A stretch of DNA of 27,331 nucleotides from Candidatus Thorarchaeota archaeon (lineage in GTDB: Archaea > Asgardarchaeota > Thorarchaeia > Thorarchaeales > Thorarchaeaceae). The stretch covers positions 1 through 27,331 of the forward strand of contig JBHLRS010000044.1 of NCBI GenBank assembly GCA_048882325.1, read 5' to 3'. The translations under genes and the position numbers were made by a program. Positions 16,868 through 24,715 of the stretch are shown here, piece after piece (the first letter of the stretch is position 1; each line of letters opens with the position of its first letter). The notes under the pieces were generated by a model. That model did no database searches. It worked only from the letters and a program-made list of their open reading frames with translations, and was not told the DNA's origin.

Positions 16868-17833
16868 TCAATGCGCTCTTCGGTAGAGTACAACAACTAC
16901 TGCAATAGCTAGGACAAACACGGATGAAACACCTGCAATCAGAGGTATGTCCAGGGTACCGCTGGTTGGACTAGGAATCGAGATGTCTGTTGTTGTAGTG
17001 GTGGTCGTGGTCGAGCTTGAGAACTCAATGACGGATGCATCAATCAACCACTTTGAGACTCTGAGGAGAAGATCCCACTCAGAGTCAGGGTCAGTAAGAT
17101 CATCACCAAAGGTTGTGTCATCTCTGTTACTATCTTCCTCGTATTCGGGATGAGGGCTTGAGAGAAAAACTGTCCCTGCCTCATACTCGAATGCGACCAT
17201 ACCAATCTCACTGTTGGAGTCGTACGTTGCTATAGTATGTATAGAAGTCGCTTCATACGGATTTGGAGTGAAATGCTGAGAACCATAATACATAGTTGTG
17301 AAATTCTCTGAAAAATCTGAGAGGTCTGGTCCTTTTGAAGATTGGTTCACATGCATAGTAGTCATATGTATCAATTCGCCAGGTTCGCCCACAGGACCCA
17401 TGAACCCATTGAACAAATGTATGTAGCGTACAGCGAATGTTGCGCCGCCACAGATTCCAAAGTAGGACCCTCCATTAGCTACAAAACTAATGACCTTCTC
17501 ACGTCCTTCACTATCAAGCTCACTACTGCAGGTGGATTCCGACCCACCGGGAATAGCGAGAAGATCATAATCATCAAGAACACCATCAATTATCTGAGAA
17601 GCGGTGATATCTTCAACTGTCGCATTCATCCATTCAAACATACGAGTAAGAGCAATGCGACTAGATCCCATGACGCCATTTCCATTGTATATCGCAATAT
17701 TGACTCCAGTCAAATCGTCGTATTCACCTTGAGCTACAGTGGAAATAGGTGAAACAAGAATTAGACATAGAAGAGAAAGTAAACACATACCGAGTAATTT
17801 ATGCTTTTGAAACAATCTCATTCTCTGCGTCAT
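16868..17833 (-). CDS. Secreted, membrane-anchored BPL-N (class I glutamine amidotransferase-like) domain protein
   Basis: Signal peptide; IAIYNGNG, LLAIPGG, FVANGGSYFGICGGA and SSPHPE (Cys-His-Glu triad); poly-Thr linker; C-terminal TM + RRAH. SD AGGTGA. Confidence 0.87.
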   Translation of the reverse strand: MTQRMRLFQKHKLLGMCLLSLLCLILVSPISTVAQGEYDDLTGVNIAIYNGNGVMGSSRIALTRMFEWMNATVEDITASQIIDGVLDDYDLLAIPGGSESTCSSELDSEGREKVISFVANGGSYFGICGGATFAVRYIHLFNGFMGPVGEPGELIHMTTMHVNQSSKGPDLSDFSENFTTMYYGSQHFTPNPYEATSIHTIATYDSNSEIGMVAFEYEAGTVFLSSPHPEYEEDSNRDDTTFGDDLTDPDSEWDLLLRVSKWLIDASVIEFSSSTTTTTTTTDISIPSPTSGTLDIPLIAGVSSVFVLAIAVVVVLYRRAH

Positions 17834-17940
17834 GCGAAGTCACCTAACTCATGTTAAAAAGAGCAATCAGAAAGTAATTTAATAGTACACTTCAGCGCAG
17901 GCTTTCGCCTTCCCATAGATAAGGGAGAGGAAAACACAAC

Positions 17941-17986
17941 AATTGTGGAATTCGATTCAAATCAATGACCAAGCAATTCCACAATT
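17941..17986 (-). terminator. 12-bp perfect inverted repeat just downstream of the SnoaL gene
   Basis: AATTGTGGAATT / AATTCCACAATT with a 22-nt loop, 4 nt after the TAG, followed by TGTTGTGTTTT on the minus strand. Confidence 0.5.
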
Positions 17987-17990
17987 CTAG

Positions 17991-18350
17991 CTAAGGTTTG
18001 TTTAGGTCTTCCTCATAACTGACCTGTTTTCCGACATTATAGTAGGATACGATTTTTTCTATTTTACTTTCTCCTGCGAAAAACCAATCACTTACTTCCA
18101 TAGAGAAATCACCGGACCTCATGGTATATCGAACACAAGCCTTCTTCTGATCATAGATTTCATCATGAAGTTCAAAAGTATTACCCAAGAATGCATCTCG
18201 ATTGGCATCAACTACACTGAGATAAGACTTCTTGCCCTCAATCGTGCCATAAGGACTGGTGTGTTGGAAGTTCTCTTCTATCGGAATATTCTCGAAGTCT
18301 CCTTCCTCCCACTTCCTGAACCACAATTTGACTAATTCTCTTAGCTCCAT
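17991..18350 (-). CDS. SnoaL-like / NTF2-family protein
   Basis: WF.KWEEGDF...ENFQHTSPYGTIEGKKSYL...SDWF....KIEKIVSYY pattern. SD GGTGAT. Confidence 0.88.
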   Translation of the reverse strand: MELRELVKLWFRKWEEGDFENIPIEENFQHTSPYGTIEGKKSYLSVVDANRDAFLGNTFELHDEIYDQKKACVRYTMRSGDFSMEVSDWFFAGESKIEKIVSYYNVGKQVSYEEDLNKP

Positions 18351-18378
18351 TTTATCACCGAGTTCAACATCACATTCT

Positions 18379-19281
18379 TTACCTTATTTTATCCATTAGT
18401 CCAAATGCCTTTGCAGCAATAATCGGATTATAGTATTCCATCCACTCTGTTATTTTCCCTCTTTCATCAAATGTGAATATTGCTAGATAGTCATTCTCAT
18501 AGAGCCCCTTGCCGTTCAACAATGTTAGTTTTCCAGTATGCCTCATTATTACTCTATTTGGATTCTCGAGAGGAATAATCTCCTCGATCGGGAATCGAAT
18601 TTCTTCAAAATTAGAGGCGGCTTTCTGAATGGCTCGAAGGATCTCATTCTGACCGACAGTTTCAGCTGGAAACAAACCGGAACTATATGGATGAATCCAT
18701 TTTGCATCTTCAGCAAAGAGCTCTACAAATTCATCGAATCTTCTCTTCTCGAGAATTTTAACAAAGTTACGAACGGTCTCTACATTTCCATCTTTTGTCG
18801 ATGTTTTCACACTCCTCTGGGTTTGTGAAGTTAGGTGACTATCTAGTTTTTCAAAAGCATCATTCCAACCGTGAATTGCCCCATCTCTGAAATCCTTTGA
18901 CGGAAATCCAGTGTGACGAAACATCATCGTTGTCTTACCATCTTGCTCCTCAAGAGTAATTGAGATCTCGGTCTCTGGACCTGAGGACCCTTTTTGTGAT
19001 TGTGTATAGACGAGTTTATCGGGTTGTACAATTTCCTTGTATTCGCCACTCATCACGTTCTCGGGATCATCACCTGATTGCATACCATAACTATACGTCC
19101 CACCAACCTTGAGTTCACCTTTGCTAAAAGTAACGTCAAAATTCTGAGGACTGCTCCATTTCTTGATATGGTCATGGTCTGTCAGAGCTTTGAACAATAG
19201 ACTCTTTGATACTGCAAATTCCCTAACAATGATCAATTCATCATCATTCGAGGTGTTGAGTTCAATAAGATTAGAAGTCAT
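18379..19281 (-). CDS. SRPBCC (AHSA1-like) + SnoaL/PhzA-B-like (NTF2) fusion protein
   Basis: N-half: REF...LFKALTD.DHIKKW...GELKVGG.Y...GEYKEIVQPDKLVYT...GWNDAFEKL. C-half: FVELFAEDA...YENDYLAIFTFDERGKITEWMEYYNP. Start probably ATG 19281 (track 19308). Confidence 0.88.
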   Translation of the reverse strand: MTSNLIELNTSNDDELIIVREFAVSKSLLFKALTDHDHIKKWSSPQNFDVTFSKGELKVGGTYSYGMQSGDDPENVMSGEYKEIVQPDKLVYTQSQKGSSGPETEISITLEEQDGKTTMMFRHTGFPSKDFRDGAIHGWNDAFEKLDSHLTSQTQRSVKTSTKDGNVETVRNFVKILEKRRFDEFVELFAEDAKWIHPYSSGLFPAETVGQNEILRAIQKAASNFEEIRFPIEEIIPLENPNRVIMRHTGKLTLLNGKGLYENDYLAIFTFDERGKITEWMEYYNPIIAAKAFGLMDKIR

Positions 19282-19355
19282 AGCTATTCCCCTAGAAAGT
19301 ATTAACAATTGTTAATTACTTTGATTTAAGCCTTTGCTTGCAGGTGCCACCGCAA

Positions 19356-20630
19356 TCAATCAGATCTCTTCGTTGCTTTCACAATCAAGAACTCAGGTCT
19401 TCGCTCATCATCCCAGTAGGCTTCTCTTGGGTATTTTTGCACCACTTCATCAGAAACCTTTGGTTCACTCATCTCAACAATATGTAATCCGTTCTTTACC
19501 AACTCATTGACATACGAGCTTATTGGTCTGTGAAATTGAAGAAGTGGGGAAGGGAGCCAACTGAAGCCCTTCATTATTGCTGGGCGTTCATCAAAGTAAT
19601 TAATGATTAACCGAATTCTATCCTCATTTCTTTGAGAGTCCCATGGAACTCTAATACCCCTACATGCAGGAAATACGAATGCAGGATGAGTAATACTAAA
19701 CACAAAGACTCCATTATTCTTCAAAACTCTCGATACCTGTTTCAATGCTGCTCCGTAATCTGCAATATCCATTAGAGCCATGTTACAAACAACTTTGTGG
19801 AACAGCGACTCTCCAAACTCTTCTTCAAGTTTCTCAGCATTCAGCTTCTGATAATCAATACCTAATTTCTCTTCCTTCTCCTTTGCTATGGCGTGGTCAA
19901 GCATTCTCGAGATGTCAATTCCAGTCACCACAGCTCCACATCTTGCTAAATGTCTAGCAACGTTCCCTTCACCACAGGCGACGTCCAAGACCCGTTCATT
20001 CTTCTGGGCCTCCAGCAAGCGGTATACCTCTGGCAAGATGATGTTTGTATGGTGATATTCATCAGCTCTGCGCATGTTCTCTACCCAAGTAGGAGCTAAG
20101 GCATCCCATGTAGACTTAGGATTGTATTCCTCAAGAGACTCAAGTCTCTGAAATTCCAGAGGTCTTCCAAGTGAGATGATCCTTTCAGATCCCCATGAAG
20201 GATGAGGAGACTCTTGTGGAGAAATCACAGCTGTATTGCTAGGCTTCCACACGACAACATCTGATACATGTTGAAGATCACTTGTTTGGAATGGGTGAAT
20301 CCCGATATACTCGGAGTAATCTAGAGCTGGATTAAGTTTACCACATTTATCACACTGAATCTCATAGTAGTAGTCGTATACAAAGAATTCCACTCTCACC
20401 ATCCTTTCTTCAGAGCAATCCAGACAGGTGAATGTCTGACATTCAGGACACCAAGCAATCCCATTGAAGTGAACCTTATCCCCACACTTGCTACATTCAT
20501 ATTTCCAATGTAGTTCGCAGCGTGGAGTGAAGGATTGAACATCATTTGTGGCTAGGTTCACTGGATAATCCTTCACAACTTTGACATATTCAGAACAATA
20601 GAAACATGAGACATCTTCTGATGAGGGCAT
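19356..20630 (-). CDS. Cys-rich multi-zinc-finger domain fused to a class I SAM-dependent methyltransferase
   Basis: N-terminus has CxxC, CxxH and four further CxxC pairs. C-terminus has VLDVACGEG, VTGIDIS, CNMALMDI, RVLKNNGVFVFSITHP and FHRPISSY. Start ATG 20630 (track 20648). Confidence 0.9.
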   Translation of the reverse strand: MPSSEDVSCFYCSEYVKVVKDYPVNLATNDVQSFTPRCELHWKYECSKCGDKVHFNGIAWCPECQTFTCLDCSEERMVRVEFFVYDYYYEIQCDKCGKLNPALDYSEYIGIHPFQTSDLQHVSDVVVWKPSNTAVISPQESPHPSWGSERIISLGRPLEFQRLESLEEYNPKSTWDALAPTWVENMRRADEYHHTNIILPEVYRLLEAQKNERVLDVACGEGNVARHLARCGAVVTGIDISRMLDHAIAKEKEEKLGIDYQKLNAEKLEEEFGESLFHKVVCNMALMDIADYGAALKQVSRVLKNNGVFVFSITHPAFVFPACRGIRVPWDSQRNEDRIRLIINYFDERPAIMKGFSWLPSPLLQFHRPISSYVNELVKNGLHIVEMSEPKVSDEVVQKYPREAYWDDERRPEFLIVKATKRSD

Positions 20631-20792
20631 ACTCCATCTCCTAATCACTATTGATTAAATGGTGTGGATTCATCATCATGATGATAAGTCTTTCAGTACT
20701 TTTGACGTTTGATGTTTGATAATGGCCAAACTTTATTAACCCTCAGATTAATTTCAAAGTACTGATGACTTCAGAGTACTGGAGTTTTAACA

Positions 20793-21335
20793 ATGAGTAA
20801 TGATGAAGAAATAATGGAAATCGTCGGGAGAAACTTCCTGCGGAAATATTGGAAGATGACAACTGTGATGGTTGCGTTGATCATCGCAGCAGCAGTAGAA
20901 GCACTACTAGTATTCCTATGGTGGATTGCTGATGCGCAGCCTGGTCTGATTCCAGAATCCTTGGGAGATTGGTCAGTTGGCACCATAGTCATAACCATTC
21001 TTCACTTGCTATTCTGGGAGATTGTTCTAGTAGGCCTGTGGGTACTTGTTGCTGTTATTGTGCTGTATACCAGATGGTACAACAACCTTCCTGAAGAGGA
21101 TAAGTTTCCCAAGCGAGAAAGGGGTAGACGAGAACAAGGTGATGCATTCGGGTTTTTAGTCGGTATAACTTGGTTGATCTTCATTTGGGTGACAGGTGAC
21201 TGGAACCGAACCTTCGTTGATTGGACAGTGAATGATTGGGTATTCTCATGGTTATGGGCGATATTCTGGGATCTATTGATCTTTGGCATCCCCATCTTGT
21301 TGTACTTCGTCTATTGGGTTAGGAAAGATTCCTGA
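20793..21335 (+). CDS. Trp-rich 4-TM hypothetical membrane protein
   Basis: 16 Trp in 180 aa, four hydrophobic segments, SD GGAG and CTTTATTAA upstream. Confidence 0.82.
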   Translation: MSNDEEIMEIVGRNFLRKYWKMTTVMVALIIAAAVEALLVFLWWIADAQPGLIPESLGDWSVGTIVITILHLLFWEIVLVGLWVLVAVIVLYTRWYNNLPEEDKFPKRERGRREQGDAFGFLVGITWLIFIWVTGDWNRTFVDWTVNDWVFSWLWAIFWDLLIFGIPILLYFVYWVRKDS

Positions 21336-21494
21336 TATCTAGCTGAAGTGCCTGTCAGCAACCTCACAGCCCAAAATGCTTTGGGGTTGTTCGACGCACT
21401 TCCACACTCAGCAGTGATGCTATTGGAGAAACTGCTAAAGGTCTGTTAGTTTGGGTATATGTTGCCCTGAAAATCGGTCACGAGAACATCCAAG

Positions 21495-22970
21495 ATGACA
21501 GATATGAACGAGGAACAAACAGTAGACTTCGATGAGCGATTGCCATTCAAGTCAAAACTGGCATTTGGGTTGTCTCAAGGTTCCATCAATCTTTTGCAAG
21601 TAATCGCACTTGGTTCTGCTATCACGTTTTTTTACAATGTCAAATTGGGTTTGAGCGAGGAATGGATTTCCCTAGCTTGGATATTATTCGCTTTTTGGAA
21701 TGCAATTAATGATCCGTTATTTGGAATACTTCAAGAGAGAATAGACACGGACATAGGTAGGCGAATCCCTGTTCTTCGCTATGGTGCACCATTTTATGTC
21801 ATCACATTTGTCATCTGCTGGTTCCCATTCTTCGGAAGTACCCAAATCGCCTTGTTTTGGAACTTATTGTTCATCCTGTTTTTGTTTGACACTATGTTTA
21901 CCATGGTTGGATTAGTGATAACTGCACTGCCAGCTGAAATGACCATCACTCAACAAGCGAGGTCGAATCTCAGCTTGTACAATGTGATTCTAGGATCGAT
22001 AGGGGGCCTCTTTGCGATGGTTCTCCCCTTGATACTTCTCACCGATGAAACAACAACAACACTAAATCCGCTTTTCAAACCAGTAATTGTACTTGCGGCT
22101 GTTGGAGCTGGAGCAATTCTCTTCTTCTCAAGTTACGCACTTACAGAAAACGAGTACGCAAGGACGGAGGAGTCACTGGGATTCATTGAATCGATGGCGC
22201 AGACAGTAAAGAACAGAGAGTTCCTAGTTTTTGAAGGGATGAACTTCTTTCGTGAAATGGGTTTCACGATTGTGACTGGTTCAATGATATACTTCGTTCA
22301 GTATATCGTGAATCTGCAAGGCTTTGCAGCCTCCTTACCATTATTTGTTATCTTTGTTCTCATGCTGCTGTGTAGCTTTCTGGCTAATAGAATGGTGAAA
22401 CAAAGAGGGCTGAAACAGGTTTACATCTTGGGGCTCGTGACAACTAGCGCCGGTCTGATTATCCTGGGTATATCAGGACTTTGGATGATCGCTGTAATTC
22501 TGAGTTTTATTGTGATTGGAATAGGTCTAGCACCAGTGACCTTGATATGGTCACCACTTTTAGCAGATGTGATTGACTATGATGAGATTCTGACCGGTAA
22601 GAGGAGGGAAACAACGTATGCTGGAATGAATGCGTTGATATCAAAACCCTCAATCTCAATCGCTAATGCATTGTTCCTACTAGTAATCAGTGCTTTCGGA
22701 TTTGACAATACACAAAGTGTACAGACCAATTCAGCAATACTCGGAATAAGACTAGGATACACACTGATTCCTGCGTTTGGCTTTCTAATTGGTGCCTTCG
22801 TAATGTGGAAATGGTACAAGCTAGATGGAAAAGATTGGATGGACAAGAAAATCGAACTAGGAAAGATACACCTTCAGAAAGAGAAGGACTACATCGATCG
22901 ACTCCAAAGAGAAGGTAAAATCTCTAAGGTCTATCAGAAACTCTACGATGTTCGTGATGAAGAAATCTAG
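21495..22970 (+). CDS. MFS transporter, glycoside-pentoside-hexuronide (MelB/MFS_2) family
   Basis: About 12 TM helices; WNAINDPLFG, GRRIP and LLADVIDYDEILTGKRRE.TYAG motifs. Confidence 0.93.
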   Translation: MTDMNEEQTVDFDERLPFKSKLAFGLSQGSINLLQVIALGSAITFFYNVKLGLSEEWISLAWILFAFWNAINDPLFGILQERIDTDIGRRIPVLRYGAPFYVITFVICWFPFFGSTQIALFWNLLFILFLFDTMFTMVGLVITALPAEMTITQQARSNLSLYNVILGSIGGLFAMVLPLILLTDETTTTLNPLFKPVIVLAAVGAGAILFFSSYALTENEYARTEESLGFIESMAQTVKNREFLVFEGMNFFREMGFTIVTGSMIYFVQYIVNLQGFAASLPLFVIFVLMLLCSFLANRMVKQRGLKQVYILGLVTTSAGLIILGISGLWMIAVILSFIVIGIGLAPVTLIWSPLLADVIDYDEILTGKRRETTYAGMNALISKPSISIANALFLLVISAFGFDNTQSVQTNSAILGIRLGYTLIPAFGFLIGAFVMWKWYKLDGKDWMDKKIELGKIHLQKEKDYIDRLQREGKISKVYQKLYDVRDEEI

Positions 22971-23035
22971 CGTGAGATTTCAGATGAATTCTAGAGACCA
23001 CTGGATTTAAAGAACTAATACACAGAATCCAGCTT

Positions 23036-23527
23036 ATGATCAATTCCTCTGAGTTTCTTGACGTTCTCTATAAAAGAGGATTCGCTTTTGCTACTGGAGT
23101 TCCGTGTTCGTACTTTTCTCGAATAATAAATGGGCTTGAGAATTATGACACAATCAGCTACATCCCCGCGACACGAGAGGATGAAGCAGTTGGAATAGCG
23201 TCAGGCTTGGCTTTCGGAGGAGCACAGGCATTTGTCATCATGCAAAACTCTGGGTATGCAACTATCGGTGATGCATTAACATCCCTAGCTCAGCTATACA
23301 AGCTGCCTATGCTACTAATCATAAGCTGGAGGGGACTCGAACCAGACCGCGATTTTCCGGAGCACTCACTGATGGGTGAAGTGACAGAAGACATACTATC
23401 GAGTTATCGTGTGCCCTACTTTGAATTGAAGCAAGAAGACTGGCAAGCAACCCTAGACACCGCCCTTTCGAAGATGAATGAAACTTCGCAACCTGTTGCC
23501 TTACTGGTCAAACAAGGAGTGTTGTGA
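23036..23527 (+). CDS. comD: ThDP-dependent sulfopyruvate/phosphonopyruvate decarboxylase, alpha subunit (ComD-like)
   Basis: GVPCSY, IPATREDEAVGIASG, MQNSG and PMLLIISWRG...PEHSLMG motifs. TTTAAA about 25 nt upstream suggests a leaderless start. Substrate (sulfo vs phosphono) uncertain. Confidence 0.85.
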   Translation: MINSSEFLDVLYKRGFAFATGVPCSYFSRIINGLENYDTISYIPATREDEAVGIASGLAFGGAQAFVIMQNSGYATIGDALTSLAQLYKLPMLLIISWRGLEPDRDFPEHSLMGEVTEDILSSYRVPYFELKQEDWQATLDTALSKMNETSQPVALLVKQGVL

Positions 23528-24084
23528 AGATGTATGGTTTTGAGATTATCCAAGAGCTAGCGCAGGTGCTAAGTGATGATGAGGTGATTGTGAGCAGTAA
23601 TGGGAACATCAGTCGCCAAGTCTATCATTACTTACCGCAGCCCCAAATCTACCTACGAGGAAGCATGGGATTGCCAGTGTCAGTCGGTTTGGGAGTGGCA
23701 TTAGCTCGCCCAGAGAAACAAGTTCTGGTGGTTGTGGGGGATGGAAATCTTCTGATGGGTTTAGGTTCCTTGTCCACCACTTCATTTGCTAGACCGAGTA
23801 ATCTGAAAATACTAATCCTGGACAACAACGTCTATGCAACCACTGGAAACCAAGTAACCTCCTCAAAGATTCTGGATTACCCCCCTCTGCTTGACGGATT
23901 CAGGATACCGTACATCGTACCGATCCTACTAGAGGACTCTATTGAGGTGGTAAGGGAAAGACTTCATCTTTGGTTAGACGCTTCTGATTTATGTGTACTC
24001 CCAGCCATAGTCAATGCAAAGTCACCTGCGCTGGAGAATATCCCATTAAATCCTGAAGAGATCACAAAAATGCAAATGACATAG
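23524..24084 (+). CDS. comE: ThDP-dependent sulfopyruvate/phosphonopyruvate decarboxylase, beta subunit (ComE-like)
   Basis: NGNISR, GSMGL, ThDP motif GDGNLLM...LDNNVYATTGNQ. GTGA overlap with the alpha subunit. Confidence 0.85.
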   Translation: MKMYGFEIIQELAQVLSDDEVIVSSNGNISRQVYHYLPQPQIYLRGSMGLPVSVGLGVALARPEKQVLVVVGDGNLLMGLGSLSTTSFARPSNLKILILDNNVYATTGNQVTSSKILDYPPLLDGFRIPYIVPILLEDSIEVVRERLHLWLDASDLCVLPAIVNAKSPALENIPLNPEEITKMQMT

Positions 24085-24097
24085 ATGAGGTGTCTGG

Positions 24098-24637
24098 ATG
24101 GTTGGGCTTGAGAAGATGAAAGAAAGGTATCCTCGTGCGATGATGGTCGTGCAAGGATTGTGGATAATAATACTCTCAACAATTCTTGCGTATGTTATTT
24201 TTGCTCCATTCTTGATATTCGGTGCTGATGTTCAACTTCTAGTCGACTTTTTTACATATCCAGTTGACTTCATCCCTCTACCGTATAATTTGGTTGGTCT
24301 TCCTCTCTTGCCTTTTGGAATGTTCCTAGTTATCTGGGCAAACTACGTTCTGTTACATATTGGCAAAATTGGACTGAGAAACCGAGAGCCTATGCAAAGA
24401 CCATCGACACTTGTCCAAGTAGGACCCTACAGATTCACACGAAATCCGATCTACGTGGGAAATCTCATCATGGCTATAGGATTGACTATTGTTTGGAGTG
24501 GGTTGGTAATGTTGCTATGCACAATCATTATCTTCATTGTGTTCAGGCACTTCATCATTAGAGAGGAAACTATTCTGGAAGAGGAGTTCGGTGATGAGTA
24601 CAGGGACTTCAAGAACCGTGTCAGACGTTGGTTATAA
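24098..24637 (+). CDS. ICMT/PEMT-family integral membrane methyltransferase
   Basis: LVQVGPYRFTRNPIYVG and EETILEEEFGDEYRDFKNRVRRWL motifs. SD GAGGTG; 13 nt after the comE-like stop. Confidence 0.9.
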   Translation: MVGLEKMKERYPRAMMVVQGLWIIILSTILAYVIFAPFLIFGADVQLLVDFFTYPVDFIPLPYNLVGLPLLPFGMFLVIWANYVLLHIGKIGLRNREPMQRPSTLVQVGPYRFTRNPIYVGNLIMAIGLTIVWSGLVMLLCTIIIFIVFRHFIIREETILEEEFGDEYRDFKNRVRRWL

Positions 24638-24715
24638 CTCTACATACTAAGGACAACAGCTCAGAAGAGAGCGTCACAAGTATGGCACGGTTAGATTCTT
24701 TGTTTGACTCATATT

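Noticed and set aside
17850-17993. Pyrrolysine or selenocysteine read-through at stops followed by hairpins (17991 TAG; 21335 TGA)
   Set aside because: Both proteins look complete at the stop, the read-through sequence is not protein-like, and the hairpins lack recognisable SECIS motifs.
16079-20648. Integron-like cassette array (co-oriented small genes with downstream hairpins)
   Set aside because: The hairpins are mutually unrelated, lack paired RYYYAAC/GTTRRRY ends, and no integrase is present.
6581-21350. 9-mer GCTGAAGTG in three intergenic regions (about 6581, 17888 reverse, 21342)
   Set aside because: Short, found post hoc, with unrelated flanks and inconsistent position relative to genes.
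6634-24637. Eukaryote-like CAAX processing pathway (Rce1-like + ICMT-like genes)
   Set aside because: Both families are widespread in prokaryotes, the genes are dispersed, no prenyltransferase is present, and no credible protein here ends in a CaaX box.
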